A stretch of 64,000 bases of DNA from Candidatus Auribacter fodinae (lineage in GTDB: Bacteria > Auribacterota > Auribacteria > Auribacterales > Auribacteraceae): contig QZJZ01000071.1 of the NCBI GenBank assembly GCA_003599815.1, positions 1,897 through 65,896 on the forward strand. Reading direction: 5' to 3'. Made by a program: the position numbers and the translations under genes. Under the pieces are notes generated by a model. That model was given only the letters and a program-made list of their open reading frames with translations. It had not been told where the DNA came from and did not search any database. This document shows, one piece after another, positions 19,017 to 28,327 of the stretch (positions within the stretch are counted from its first letter, which is position 1; the number at the start of each line of letters is the position of its first letter).

Positions 19017-20518
19017 TATTCGCCCGGAAAAAGTGTTCTGGCGACCCGCCGAGCCCCGTTACCGAGAACATGAAAAACTTCGCCGGGGTTTCTGCACGAT
19101 GAGAAGAGGGGAAAAAACGAAGCGGGTTCGCACACCAGTTTACGTATCATGTAATATTTGTTGATGCCTGACCGTACCCGTTTCCATCCTTCCTCAAGTT
19201 CCTTTGAGCTCAGGTGGCGGGTTCGCACAAACGCTTTCGCTCCTATACGGACTCGCTGTTTGATCATCAGGTCGTAGATATCGTCAATTTCAAGCAGGTT
19301 TTCCTCTTTTACTAGTTCGAAAAATTTTGTCGCAGGGTAGGGGAACGCCATAGTCAGGTGAATATTGTCGGCGTTCAGTTTTTTTGCCAGTTCCAGTGTT
19401 TTACGGAGAGAATGCCTGTTTTCCCACGGCATGCCGATTATCATATCCACGTTGACTTTTATACCGGCTTTGCGAGTCTGACAAACGGCGTCAATAGCCA
19501 CAGAGTCGGGAAAATTTTTATGCAGTTGTTTACGATGTTCAGGGTCGCCGCTTTCCAGTCCGTATTCGATTTGGCGGCATCCTGAACGGGACATGAGTTC
19601 CAGCAGGCTTTTATCGACTTTGTCAAGGCGAGTCAGGCATCGCCATTCAAGGCGGAGGCGGCGTTTAATTATTTCTTCAGATATCGCTCGTGCCCTGTCC
19701 ATATCGTACGTGTATGTTTCGTCCCAGAAGAAGAATCCCCAGATGCCCCATTCCCTGATAGCGAATTCGATTTCGTCCACAACCCGTTTTGGCGACATGG
19801 CTTTCCATTTCCGGTCATACCCGCGGTGCGGGTGAGAGCCGATGATGCAGAACGGACAGCCGTACGGGCAGTCGCGGGTAGTGCGCATCCGTATTCCCGG
19901 TATGATTTTCTCATGCATAGGGGTATCGAGTACTCCGATGGAATACTTTTCCATAGGGAGCATATCGTACGCCATGAAGGGCAAGGCATCCATATCCTGA
20001 ATAAAGGGCGCTGTTCCGGTATGTGCGCATCCTGTTTTTGTGCGGTATGTTATCCCTTTGGCTTTACTCAGGTCTGAGAGGTTTTCAATAATGTTGGGCA
20101 CCACTACTTCAGGCTGTCCCTGAACCACTATGTCCACAGCGGGAAAATCCGCGAGGAACCGTTCGGCGAAAATCGGTGATATTACTGTTTCTATGAGCAC
20201 CGTTTTTGTCGCCGGATTGATCTTTTTCACGATCGACGCCACAGTGCAGTCTTCTTTGATAATACCTGCCGCAGACTGGAAAATAACCACATCCGCTTCA
20301 GGTATTGAATCTTCCAGCATATTATAGTTCAGGTTGAGGGCATTAGCATCAAGCAGAGATATATCCGCGTTCGGAAACCGCTGGCGCAGGACTGCCGCCA
20401 GCTGGGCAATCCGTAGCGGAAACGGGATATACCGAACGTCCTGAAAGCATATTTCATCCCGCAGTACCGCCATGTCCGGACGGATCCGCGGAGGGTTAAT
20501 TAAAAGAATTGTGGTCAT
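19016..20518 (-). CDS. B12-binding domain radical SAM protein
   Basis: LLINPP, TRDCPYGCPFC, GLESG; start reassigned to MTTILL. Confidence 0.9.
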   Translation of the reverse strand: MTTILLINPPRIRPDMAVLRDEICFQDVRYIPFPLRIAQLAAVLRQRFPNADISLLDANALNLNYNMLEDSIPEADVVIFQSAAGIIKEDCTVASIVKKINPATKTVLIETVISPIFAERFLADFPAVDIVVQGQPEVVVPNIIENLSDLSKAKGITYRTKTGCAHTGTAPFIQDMDALPFMAYDMLPMEKYSIGVLDTPMHEKIIPGIRMRTTRDCPYGCPFCIIGSHPHRGYDRKWKAMSPKRVVDEIEFAIREWGIWGFFFWDETYTYDMDRARAISEEIIKRRLRLEWRCLTRLDKVDKSLLELMSRSGCRQIEYGLESGDPEHRKQLHKNFPDSVAIDAVCQTRKAGIKVNVDMIIGMPWENRHSLRKTLELAKKLNADNIHLTMAFPYPATKFFELVKEENLLEIDDIYDLMIKQRVRIGAKAFVRTRHLSSKELEEGWKRVRSGINKYYMIRKLVCEPASFFPLFSSCRNPGEVFHVLGNGARRVARTLFPGE

Positions 20519-20670
20519 CTCATATCCATTCCAGTAAATTGTCGGTGCATTATAGCGTTTCACGGCAACATAAATCAAGAACCAAATATATTCTTTCATA
20601 TGAAGGAGTATTGAAGATACGCTCAACCGTCTGGTTTTCAAGGCTGATGGCGTTGTGAATGATGCGCCTG

Positions 20671-22002
20671 TCAGTCTATTCTGGTAATCAGCGCGGCGTA
20701 TCCGCCGTCGCCGGAAGCCGGGGAGGATGGTACATGAAGATGCTCAACCACAACGCCGTAGTCAGGATGTCCTGCGGTGAATTTTTGTACCAGTTGGTTG
20801 TTTTCCGCCGCGTCAATACTGCAGGTCATATACAGCAGGAGCCCGCCTCTGGTGAGGTAGGGTGACACGGTTTCCAGTATTCGCATCTGAAGTTTGGTCA
20901 GGCGTTTGAAATCGTCCGGTTTCAAGCGCCACCGGGCTTCGGGGCGTTTACGAAGCACACCGGTATTCGAACAGGGCGCGTCAACTATGATCCGGTTAAA
21001 CGTGCTGTTGCCGAGCACGGTGTTCAGCGATTCCGGGCTGGCGGCGTCAGCCGCGAAAGCGGAAATGGTGTCGATGCCTAGCCTGCGTGCTGATGACTGG
21101 ATAAGCGCGATTTTATCGGATGTTTTGTCTATGGCGATAATATTCGTGCCCGGCAGTTTTAAGGCGGTTGCGCAGGTTTTTCCGCCGGGCGCGGCGCACA
21201 TATCCAGTATACGTGAATCCGCGGTTACCGGCATCAGGTCTATTAACGTCGCCGGCGTATCGTCCTGAACAAAAAAGAAGCCTTCGTTGTAGCCGGGCAA
21301 GAGAGTTATGTTCCCTGCATGGTATACCCGCAGGCATTGCGGGTGTATGGGCGACGGCTCGCAGGATATGCCCGCATCAGACAGCAGTGCCTGTTGCTGT
21401 TTCAGGCTGGTTTTGAGCGGGTTGATGCGTATAACCAGCGGCGCCTTTATGTTATTGAAAACACAGATTTTTTTTAGCCGTTCTTTATCGAACTGGTTCA
21501 GCCACCGTTTTATAAGCCATTCGGGATGTGAATGTTTATATGCCATATGCCCGACAACCGACAGTCCTCGTTTGTGCTGGCTTTCTATTTCCGGGCTTCG
21601 TATTATAGAGCGCAGGAGGGCGTTAATGAAGCCTGAGCTTTTCTTTTGCCCGCATTGGTTGGCAAGGTTGACCGTTTCGTTCACGGAAGCGAAATCCGGA
21701 ATCCGGTCGCAGAATTTTATCTGATAAATGCCGATACGGGCTAAGTTTCTGACCTGTTTGGACATTTTGGCTTTGCTGGTGGAATACCATGTAATCAGGG
21801 TATCCAGTGTGTCGCGGTGGCGTATTACCCCGGATACCAGCTCATAGGCGAGGCGTTTATCGTCATCAGAAAGAGCGTATCCTGATAATGTATCGCCCAG
21901 CCCGTCGGTGACAATCGAATCGTCGGCGAATTCGTTCAGGATAGTGTAGGCGCAGAACCGAGGGTTGCTATTCAATGAGTTCAAGGAGCGCTTCCCTGAC
22001 AT
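20671..22002 (-). CDS. rsmB: 16S rRNA m5C967 methyltransferase RsmB/Sun
   Basis: NusB-like N-domain, SHPEW, DMCAAPGGKT, DAPCS, TCS. Confidence 0.9.
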   Translation of the reverse strand: MSGKRSLNSLNSNPRFCAYTILNEFADDSIVTDGLGDTLSGYALSDDDKRLAYELVSGVIRHRDTLDTLITWYSTSKAKMSKQVRNLARIGIYQIKFCDRIPDFASVNETVNLANQCGQKKSSGFINALLRSIIRSPEIESQHKRGLSVVGHMAYKHSHPEWLIKRWLNQFDKERLKKICVFNNIKAPLVIRINPLKTSLKQQQALLSDAGISCEPSPIHPQCLRVYHAGNITLLPGYNEGFFFVQDDTPATLIDLMPVTADSRILDMCAAPGGKTCATALKLPGTNIIAIDKTSDKIALIQSSARRLGIDTISAFAADAASPESLNTVLGNSTFNRIIVDAPCSNTGVLRKRPEARWRLKPDDFKRLTKLQMRILETVSPYLTRGGLLLYMTCSIDAAENNQLVQKFTAGHPDYGVVVEHLHVPSSPASGDGGYAALITRID

Positions 22003-22402
22003 TCTGAATAGATACTCCCGTATTCACGCACGGGCCGTGCGGCAATAAATTTTTTACAGCAAGAACCGGCTTTGGTATAGTTGTCAGCAGGCCCATAAAG
22101 AGTTCTTTTTCGCAGGCGATAGCGACAACCGCTTTTACGCCGGGATCCCTCACCAGTTTCACTGCCATTCCGCCTCCGGTAGCGAATTTGAGGTTCACTC
22201 CGAGCTCGTCACATAGTTTGACCAGTTCGGTTACCTGGCATTTGCCGCAATGTTTGCAGTTATGGACATCGCTTATAAGATCCTGAGCGCACGTATGGTT
22301 TTGCAGGCATCGCGGGCAGAGCACGAGTATCTCGTGCGGCTTGGCTTTTACCTGCCGTTTTTTTACCTGCCAGTTATTCAGTTTGATAAGAGTTGTTTTC
22401 AT
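21968..22402 (-). CDS. DUF116 family Cys-rich protein
   Basis: P.CLQ...C...C..CGKC, ATGG, AIACEKEL..G, GPCVNT. Confidence 0.8.
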   Translation of the reverse strand: MKTTLIKLNNWQVKKRQVKAKPHEILVLCPRCLQNHTCAQDLISDVHNCKHCGKCQVTELVKLCDELGVNLKFATGGGMAVKLVRDPGVKAVVAIACEKELFMGLLTTIPKPVLAVKNLLPHGPCVNTGVSIQNVREALLELIE

Positions 22403-22405
22403 CGG

Positions 22406-22768
22406 TTACCCGTTATTGGCAAATTTTTTTGCGGCGGCATACTGCAGTATCGAGCTGATCAGAAAAATGATTCCCAGCGGAATAATAATGAATATCCCCA
22501 TAATAGACCTGAACGTAAACCCCGCGATAAGCAGTACCATCCCGATCAGAAGATATATCAGCGCGGTTATCCCGTATACGGATGCGAACCTGTTCATGAC
22601 CGTAAGGTTAGACAGGTTTGACCGATCTATCTGAAGTTTGCATTCCTCGCATCGATTCCTGCACACCACCGAGTGGTTTACCTCAGCTACACAGTCGGAA
22701 CACAGACTGCGCCCGCAGATAACACAAATGCCGACAGCGTCATTAGTATGATGATTAAAACATTTCAA
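22406..22768 (-). CDS. B-box zinc finger membrane protein
   Basis: C..H...A...C..C...LC..C plus two TM helices. Confidence 0.75.
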   Translation of the reverse strand: MKCFNHHTNDAVGICVICGRSLCSDCVAEVNHSVVCRNRCEECKLQIDRSNLSNLTVMNRFASVYGITALIYLLIGMVLLIAGFTFRSIMGIFIIIPLGIIFLISSILQYAAAKKFANNG

Positions 22769-22832
22769 CGCGTATCCCTCTTAATTAACGTTGTATGATA
22801 ATACCATACAGCTATTCACGAAACAACCGAAT

Positions 22833-23477
22833 TTATTTTCCCGCATACAGATCCCTGAGCTTGATTAATTCGCTTATCTGTTTTGATGACAATGGTTTGG
22901 CTGATCCAAGCTGTAACGAGTACAGCATGACCTGAGCGGTATGCTCCAGTTTTTCCAGTTTGTTGTACGCCGACTCACAGCATTCGCCGACAGTAACCGT
23001 GCCGTGCCGTTCAAGAAGAATCGCGTCATGGTGCGGTATAAGCTGTTTTATGGAGTCGGGAACCTCTTCCGTGGTCGGCGTAGCGTAGGGCGCTGTCGGT
23101 ATGGATCCGAGCGTCAGCACCACTTCAGGCAGAATCGGCTGATCCAGCGATATGCCCGCTACGGTCAGCGCTGTGCAGAGCGGAGGATGCGCGTGTATCA
23201 CCGCGTTAACGTCAGGACGGGCTTCATATATTGCCGTGTGCAGGCGGTATTCGGACGACGGTTTGCGGTACCCGGATATCACTTTGCCGCTGAAATCCAT
23301 AACGATCAGGTCATCCTCGTGCAATGTCCCTTTTGATATGCCGCTCGGTGTAGTGAGTAAACAGTTCTTATTGAGCCGCACACTGATGTTCCCGTCAGTC
23401 GCCGCGACAAACCCGCGCGTGTACATTCTTAACCCGATATCAATGATGGTTTTTCGTGCCGCTGTATCTTTTATCAT
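22833..23477 (-). CDS. Class II aldolase/adducin family (fuculose-phosphate aldolase-like)
   Basis: DGNISVR, TPSG, PSSE..LH, HAHP, HG. Confidence 0.9.
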   Translation of the reverse strand: MIKDTAARKTIIDIGLRMYTRGFVAATDGNISVRLNKNCLLTTPSGISKGTLHEDDLIVMDFSGKVISGYRKPSSEYRLHTAIYEARPDVNAVIHAHPPLCTALTVAGISLDQPILPEVVLTLGSIPTAPYATPTTEEVPDSIKQLIPHHDAILLERHGTVTVGECCESAYNKLEKLEHTAQVMLYSLQLGSAKPLSSKQISELIKLRDLYAGK

Positions 23478-23660
23478 GACATTCCGCTCCATTTTTTGTG
23501 TCCGATATGCTATATATAATGGATACAATATATGAGCCGGACAGCATTAATCAAACAAAAAAGAGAAAATCTCACAAAAAACTAACAGATTGTAACAGGC
23601 ATTCCGCTTGACAATACGGTTAGCGATTCATTAAACTCCACTGAAAATTGGTAAGATAGA

Positions 23661-23858
23661 ATGAGAATTGTATCAAAATGCCCTGTTTGTTCACGTAAAA
23701 TGCGGTTTCCCATAAACAAAGGAAAACTGCTGATTCGGTGCCCGCATTGCGGGAACCAGTTTGTATTCGACCCGGATATCCGGCGCATGTGGAAACAGCT
23801 TATGTACCGTCTGAAGAATAGTTTCGGCTTAATAAGAAAGCGGTTGTTCAATAAATGA
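23661..23858 (+). CDS. Small zinc-ribbon protein
   Basis: CPVC...CPHC; ATGA overlap with next gene. Confidence 0.65.
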   Translation: MRIVSKCPVCSRKMRFPINKGKLLIRCPHCGNQFVFDPDIRRMWKQLMYRLKNSFGLIRKRLFNK

Positions 23859-24739
23859 AAAAAAGAGCGTACCTGATATACAATCCTCATTCCGGCAGGG
23901 GAAAATATAAATCCACGTTGAGAGCGGTACTTCAACAGCTCAAACCGCATTTTGAAGTTGAACTGATCGTATCGAACAGCCGTGAATTCGCCCGTGACAT
24001 AGCCGCGAAAGTAACTGCGAAAGAAGACAAGCCGCTGGTTGTCGTGGCGGGAGGCGACGGCACCATCAACGACGTGGTCAACGGCGCTGACCTGCGCAAC
24101 ATGGTGCTCGGCATTATCCCTGTCGGGTCGGTAAACGTTATCGCGTATGACCTGAAAATTCCTTCACGAATTGAGCATGCATGCTCAATTCTGGCAAATA
24201 ACTCGTCCGTCCGCACGCTGGATGTCAGTAAAGCGAACAATACCCGGTTTATTTTTGGGGCGGGAGTCGGATTTGATGCCGCTGTGGTGAAAAATGTTGA
24301 GCTGAAACATAAACTCCTGCTCGGCAAAACGGTGTACGCGTGGCAGTCGATGCGGCTGATGAAATCGTTCAAGCCGTTTGAGGCGTCGGTTACTTGTGAC
24401 GGCAATGAAGTGTACTCCGGGCTGGTATTCGATCTTATAATTGGTAAAAGCAATTATTACGCAGGGCGTTTCAAATTGTTTGACGACGCCTCGTATACCA
24501 ATGGGCGGTTGAACGGAGCGATTTTTACGCATAGTACTATTCCGCAGTATATCAAAGGGTGCGCGGCGTTTTTCATGCAGATGAAGGACAGGCGGCGCAT
24601 TTATTTCAGCGGATCGAATATCGAGGTCAAAACGGACTCTGCCGTCCCGTATCATGTTGACGGCGATGCTGGATCAGCCAGCCCTGTATCGTTCCATATC
24701 AATTCACAAAAGCTGTATGTTGTTGCCCCGCAGTATTAA
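23855..24739 (+). CDS. Diacylglycerol kinase family lipid kinase (YegS/DagK-like)
   Basis: NPHSG, GGDGT, P.GS.N, G.GFDA, HVDGD. Confidence 0.9.
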   Translation: MKKRAYLIYNPHSGRGKYKSTLRAVLQQLKPHFEVELIVSNSREFARDIAAKVTAKEDKPLVVVAGGDGTINDVVNGADLRNMVLGIIPVGSVNVIAYDLKIPSRIEHACSILANNSSVRTLDVSKANNTRFIFGAGVGFDAAVVKNVELKHKLLLGKTVYAWQSMRLMKSFKPFEASVTCDGNEVYSGLVFDLIIGKSNYYAGRFKLFDDASYTNGRLNGAIFTHSTIPQYIKGCAAFFMQMKDRRRIYFSGSNIEVKTDSAVPYHVDGDAGSASPVSFHINSQKLYVVAPQY

Positions 24740-24749
24740 TGATTTAATT

Positions 24750-24774
24750 GTACGGACATGGCACCCGTCTGTCC
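24750..24774 (+). repeat. Degenerate REP-like hairpin
   Basis: GTAC-GGACA...TGTCC, resembles GTAG-type REP; abuts RAYT remnant. Confidence 0.45.
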
Positions 24775-24784
24775 AGTGTGTCAA

Positions 24785-25020
24785 TCACGGTCGAGCAGAT
24801 ACCGCCGGGTTATGCTCGTCCAGATCCCATTTCAGGGGATTTAACCTGATGTATTCGCGTATTTCGTGTAATGATTCGTCGTTGCGAACTCATGATCGTA
24901 AAACGATCGGAGCCAGATGGAATCCGCATCAGCGTCGAATTGACGGAATTTTTTGGTACATACGCTTTTGTATGCCCCTATTATGTTGGATAACAAGCCG
25001 TAATGGGCTGTCCGAACATA
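24785..25020 (-). pseudogene. Frameshifted C-terminal remnant of REP-associated tyrosine transposase (RAYT, Y1)
   Basis: LSNIIGAYKSVCTKKF..IWLRSFYDH / frameshift / VRNDESLHEIREYIRLNPLKW. Confidence 0.8.
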
Positions 25021-25051
25021 CTGTGACTATCCCATTCGATAAAAAAATGTA

Positions 25052-25148
25052 TGTCATTGCGAAGCCCCGCAGGGGCTGTGGCAATCTCCTCCGCCGGATG
25101 GCGTTACACGATGAGATCACCACGTCGCTAACGCTCCTCGTGATGACA
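25052..25148. repeat. About 97-bp GTCATTGCGA-type palindromic element
   Basis: TGTCATTGCGA...GCAATCTC...GAGATCAC...TCGTGATGACA imperfect terminal inverted repeats with internal hairpin. Confidence 0.75.
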
Positions 25149-25333
25149 GCTTGAAAGAGAAGTTTATAGACTTTCCATCTCTCCCAATTTGTGTTGTTTG
25201 GGTGATTGAGAAATAGCCATGGATACCCGTGTTTTCTGATCGAATTAGTTTGAGCAGGCATGCCTTGTCCGTGGGATATAAAAGGTACTATCCTCTAGGC
25301 GAGAAAAAAACGCCGGTTCCTTAACTTTTTTCT

Positions 25334-26164
25334 CTATTTTTCAAAAATATTTTTCATGGAATTTATACTAGTTCTATTTGTTATTGTAAATCCGATTATT
25401 TTTTCTACATCCTTTCGTGATCGACAAGCGTTCCAGAGAAATAGCGTAGCAAGTACAATATTAGTTATGCAATACCAACGCAAATACACAATACTTATCG
25501 CTACATTTGGAATACAATATTTTTCAAAAATGAATGGAATCCACTTTAACCAAGTGGAAGAAGAAACAGCCGCTAAAACAAATAATATAATGGATGTGAC
25601 ACAATTTAAGGAAATAACAAATGCGTGCCATCTTCGGATTATATAATCATAAAGTTCTTTTGAAAAATTTGGCAATGTTACATGGATGAATATTTCAGTA
25701 CCAACAAACTCTTTTTCTCGAGGAGGAGTATCTGGTTTTATTATTTCTTTCTCAAGAATATCAAAATCGTTGCGTGTAATTGGTGTCTCAAACCACCAAG
25801 ACGGAATGGTCTTATTAAACACAAGAAGAAGTATAATATATCCAAAAAAAATAAGGAGACAATCAATATAGAAAGGAATGCGAGGTACAACCCAATACAG
25901 AATAGGACATCCAACCCAACACAGAATAAGACCCCCAACATAAGGAAACATGATACGTCCTAAAAAAATAGTCATTCCACCGATAATATAACCCAATGAA
26001 ATTATAAATATAATCGAGCCAAGAATAGCAGTGATTTCGTTTCCGAGATCATTGAAAAATTTAAAAAAATCAAATCGTGGATCTAAAATTAAATAGATTA
26101 TAAAGGAACTCAGTCCGACAAGGGGAGGAACAAAAAATCTGAAATTTTTGAAATTTGTATCCAT
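25334..26164 (-). CDS. AT-rich hypothetical multi-pass membrane protein
   Basis: 276-aa ORF with AGGAG RBS, several hydrophobic segments, markedly lower GC than neighbours. Confidence 0.7.
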   Translation of the reverse strand: MDTNFKNFRFFVPPLVGLSSFIIYLILDPRFDFFKFFNDLGNEITAILGSIIFIISLGYIIGGMTIFLGRIMFPYVGGLILCWVGCPILYWVVPRIPFYIDCLLIFFGYIILLLVFNKTIPSWWFETPITRNDFDILEKEIIKPDTPPREKEFVGTEIFIHVTLPNFSKELYDYIIRRWHAFVISLNCVTSIILFVLAAVSSSTWLKWIPFIFEKYCIPNVAISIVYLRWYCITNIVLATLFLWNACRSRKDVEKIIGFTITNRTSINSMKNIFEK

Positions 26165-26238
26165 ATGTTCTCCTTTCAGGAACTAAAAAGTATCACTAAA
26201 AAGGTAAAACGGAACAATTCCTTAACGAATATTCCCCT

Positions 26239-27219
26239 TTAAACCTGAGGGTAGTAGAGGTAACCGGGAGAGAGGTATTCCCGCACATACTTCTGCACAT
26301 ACTCACTGAACTTATCTGAAAACCCGGCGAAGCCGAACGACTCAAGCTTACTCATATCCGCCTGCGTATGATACTGATACCGCCCGCGCAGATCTTCAGG
26401 CATCGGGAAATACTGGATGTTCCGCTTCTTGCCGAGCCCGTCAAACACCCCTTCCGCAAGCTGGTTAAACGTATGCGCCCTGCCTGTGCCGATGTTGAAT
26501 ATCCCGTTCGCTTTCTTTTTTTTCAGCAGAAACAGTACCGCCTCGATCACTTCGTCAATATAGATGAAATCCCGTTCCTGCCCGCCGTGCCCGTACCCGT
26601 CTTTGTGCGACTCGAACAGCATAATTTTGCCTTCATCACGAGCCTGCGGGAACGACCTGAAAATGACGCTCGCCATCCGGTCTTTGTGGTACTCGTTGGG
26701 CCCGAACACATTGAAAAACCGCATCCCCGCAACTTTATCTGCCAGCCCGTGTTCCAGCACCCACATATCGAACATCCATTTCGAGAACCCGTAGGCATTG
26801 AGCGGGCGGAGTTGCGGAGTCAGCTCGTCGTCATCGGAGAACCCGAGGCTCCCGTCCCCGTACACCGCCGCTGATGACGCGTACAGGAACCGCACCCCTT
26901 CAGACACAGCCCATTTGCAGAGTTTTACGGAAAAATTTATGTTGTTCTGGTACAGGAAATCAACGTTGTGTTCAGTGGTGTCAGCGCACGCGCCAAGATG
27001 TATAACTGTCTCGATATCGCTCGCAAGGGGATTGTCTTCCAGAAAACTGAACAGTTCCGATCGGTCGACGAACTGGTCGAACCGCAGTCCGAGCAGGTTT
27101 TTCCATTTTTCTTTGTTGCCGAACGCGTCGCACAGAATAAGGTTTGTGTTGTCGATGCGGTTCAGAGCGCACGCCAGCGCGCTCCCGATAAAACCTGCGG
27201 CTCCGGTAATAAGTATCAT
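26239..27219 (-). CDS. hldD: ADP-L-glycero-D-manno-heptose 6-epimerase
   Basis: ITGAAGFIGS, YASSAAVYG, PLNAYGFSK, RFFNVFGPNE.HK..MAS, YQ..TQAD. Confidence 0.93.
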   Translation of the reverse strand: MILITGAAGFIGSALACALNRIDNTNLILCDAFGNKEKWKNLLGLRFDQFVDRSELFSFLEDNPLASDIETVIHLGACADTTEHNVDFLYQNNINFSVKLCKWAVSEGVRFLYASSAAVYGDGSLGFSDDDELTPQLRPLNAYGFSKWMFDMWVLEHGLADKVAGMRFFNVFGPNEYHKDRMASVIFRSFPQARDEGKIMLFESHKDGYGHGGQERDFIYIDEVIEAVLFLLKKKKANGIFNIGTGRAHTFNQLAEGVFDGLGKKRNIQYFPMPEDLRGRYQYHTQADMSKLESFGFAGFSDKFSEYVQKYVREYLSPGYLYYPQV

Positions 27220-27235
27220 GATGGCAATCCTGTGG

Positions 27236-28315
27236 TTATAACCATTTTTTGAACACTTTTAATATACCCTGATCCCAGCCGACCCGGTGCGTAACGCCCG
27301 TGCCTTTTTTGATAAGTTCTTCTTTATGTGAAAGATACCATTTATGCGATGTGATAAGCGCGTCTTCGTTGGAAAACTGGGGTTTCCAGCCGAGCCGTTC
27401 CTCGATTTTGGATGTGCTGACGAACGAGTCTTTGTCCGCTGTGCCGTATACCCATTTATACAAAGGAGATACGCCGATCAGTTCAAAGAAGGCAAGCGCC
27501 GGTTTCACCAGTTTTGCCGGGGTCGGCATCGGGCGGGCTCCGGTTCCAGCAAAATCGCACAGCGCGCCGACATCTTTTCTGACCTGATCAAACCGTTTCG
27601 CGCCGACGTTGAATACATCGGTGCTCAGTTTGGGTTCCGCGATGATCGACAGGGTTATAGCGTCAACCAGATCGCATACTTCCAATAGCTGGTACTTGTT
27701 TAACCCTTTGCCGATAATAGGGATGCGTTTTCCACAGTCTACCCAGTCATATAATATCTGAAACACGCCCAGCCGAGCGGTTCCGATAAATGTTTTCGGC
27801 CTGATGATGGTGACGTTCAATCCTTTTGCGACAAACTCCTTGCAGACGTCTTCGCCCATAATTTTAGATATGCCGTAGTTGCCCACGCCGATACGGTCAT
27901 CGGTTTCCTCGATCGGGTGTTTTTCCGGTACGCCGTACACGGCAGTCGAGCTGATAAACACGAATTTTTCCACGTTATTTTTCAATGCGATGGACAGCGT
28001 ATTGCGCAGTCCGTCGACGTTGGTGGAAAAAATCTCTTCTTTTTTCCATAACGGCAATGCCGCGGCAGTATGTACAATGGTGTTGATCTTGTTGTCCTTG
28101 ATGAGTTTCTGCATGGCGGACTCGTCACGGACATCGGTCAGGACAGTCAGCGAACCGTCTGGATACTCGCTGTTTGGGAATTCGTCAATATCGTTAAACG
28201 CCAGAAACGACGGTCCGTATTGCGGAAGCCGTTGCGCAAGATGGTATCCGAGGAACCCAGCCCCGCCTGTTATAAGTATTCTCCTGCCTGATAAACAAGA
28301 TCGTGTCAACTGCAT
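27236..28315 (-). CDS. NAD-dependent epimerase/dehydratase (extended SDR)
   Basis: TGGAGFLG, SSTAVYG, YGISK. Confidence 0.88.
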   Translation of the reverse strand: MQLTRSCLSGRRILITGGAGFLGYHLAQRLPQYGPSFLAFNDIDEFPNSEYPDGSLTVLTDVRDESAMQKLIKDNKINTIVHTAAALPLWKKEEIFSTNVDGLRNTLSIALKNNVEKFVFISSTAVYGVPEKHPIEETDDRIGVGNYGISKIMGEDVCKEFVAKGLNVTIIRPKTFIGTARLGVFQILYDWVDCGKRIPIIGKGLNKYQLLEVCDLVDAITLSIIAEPKLSTDVFNVGAKRFDQVRKDVGALCDFAGTGARPMPTPAKLVKPALAFFELIGVSPLYKWVYGTADKDSFVSTSKIEERLGWKPQFSNEDALITSHKWYLSHKEELIKKGTGVTHRVGWDQGILKVFKKWL

Positions 28316-28327
28316 TGCCTGTGCTCC

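Noticed and set aside
24654-25261. ORFs 24654..25154 (+) and 24929..25261 (-)
   Set aside because: They read through the RAYT relic and palindromic repeat; not credible proteins.
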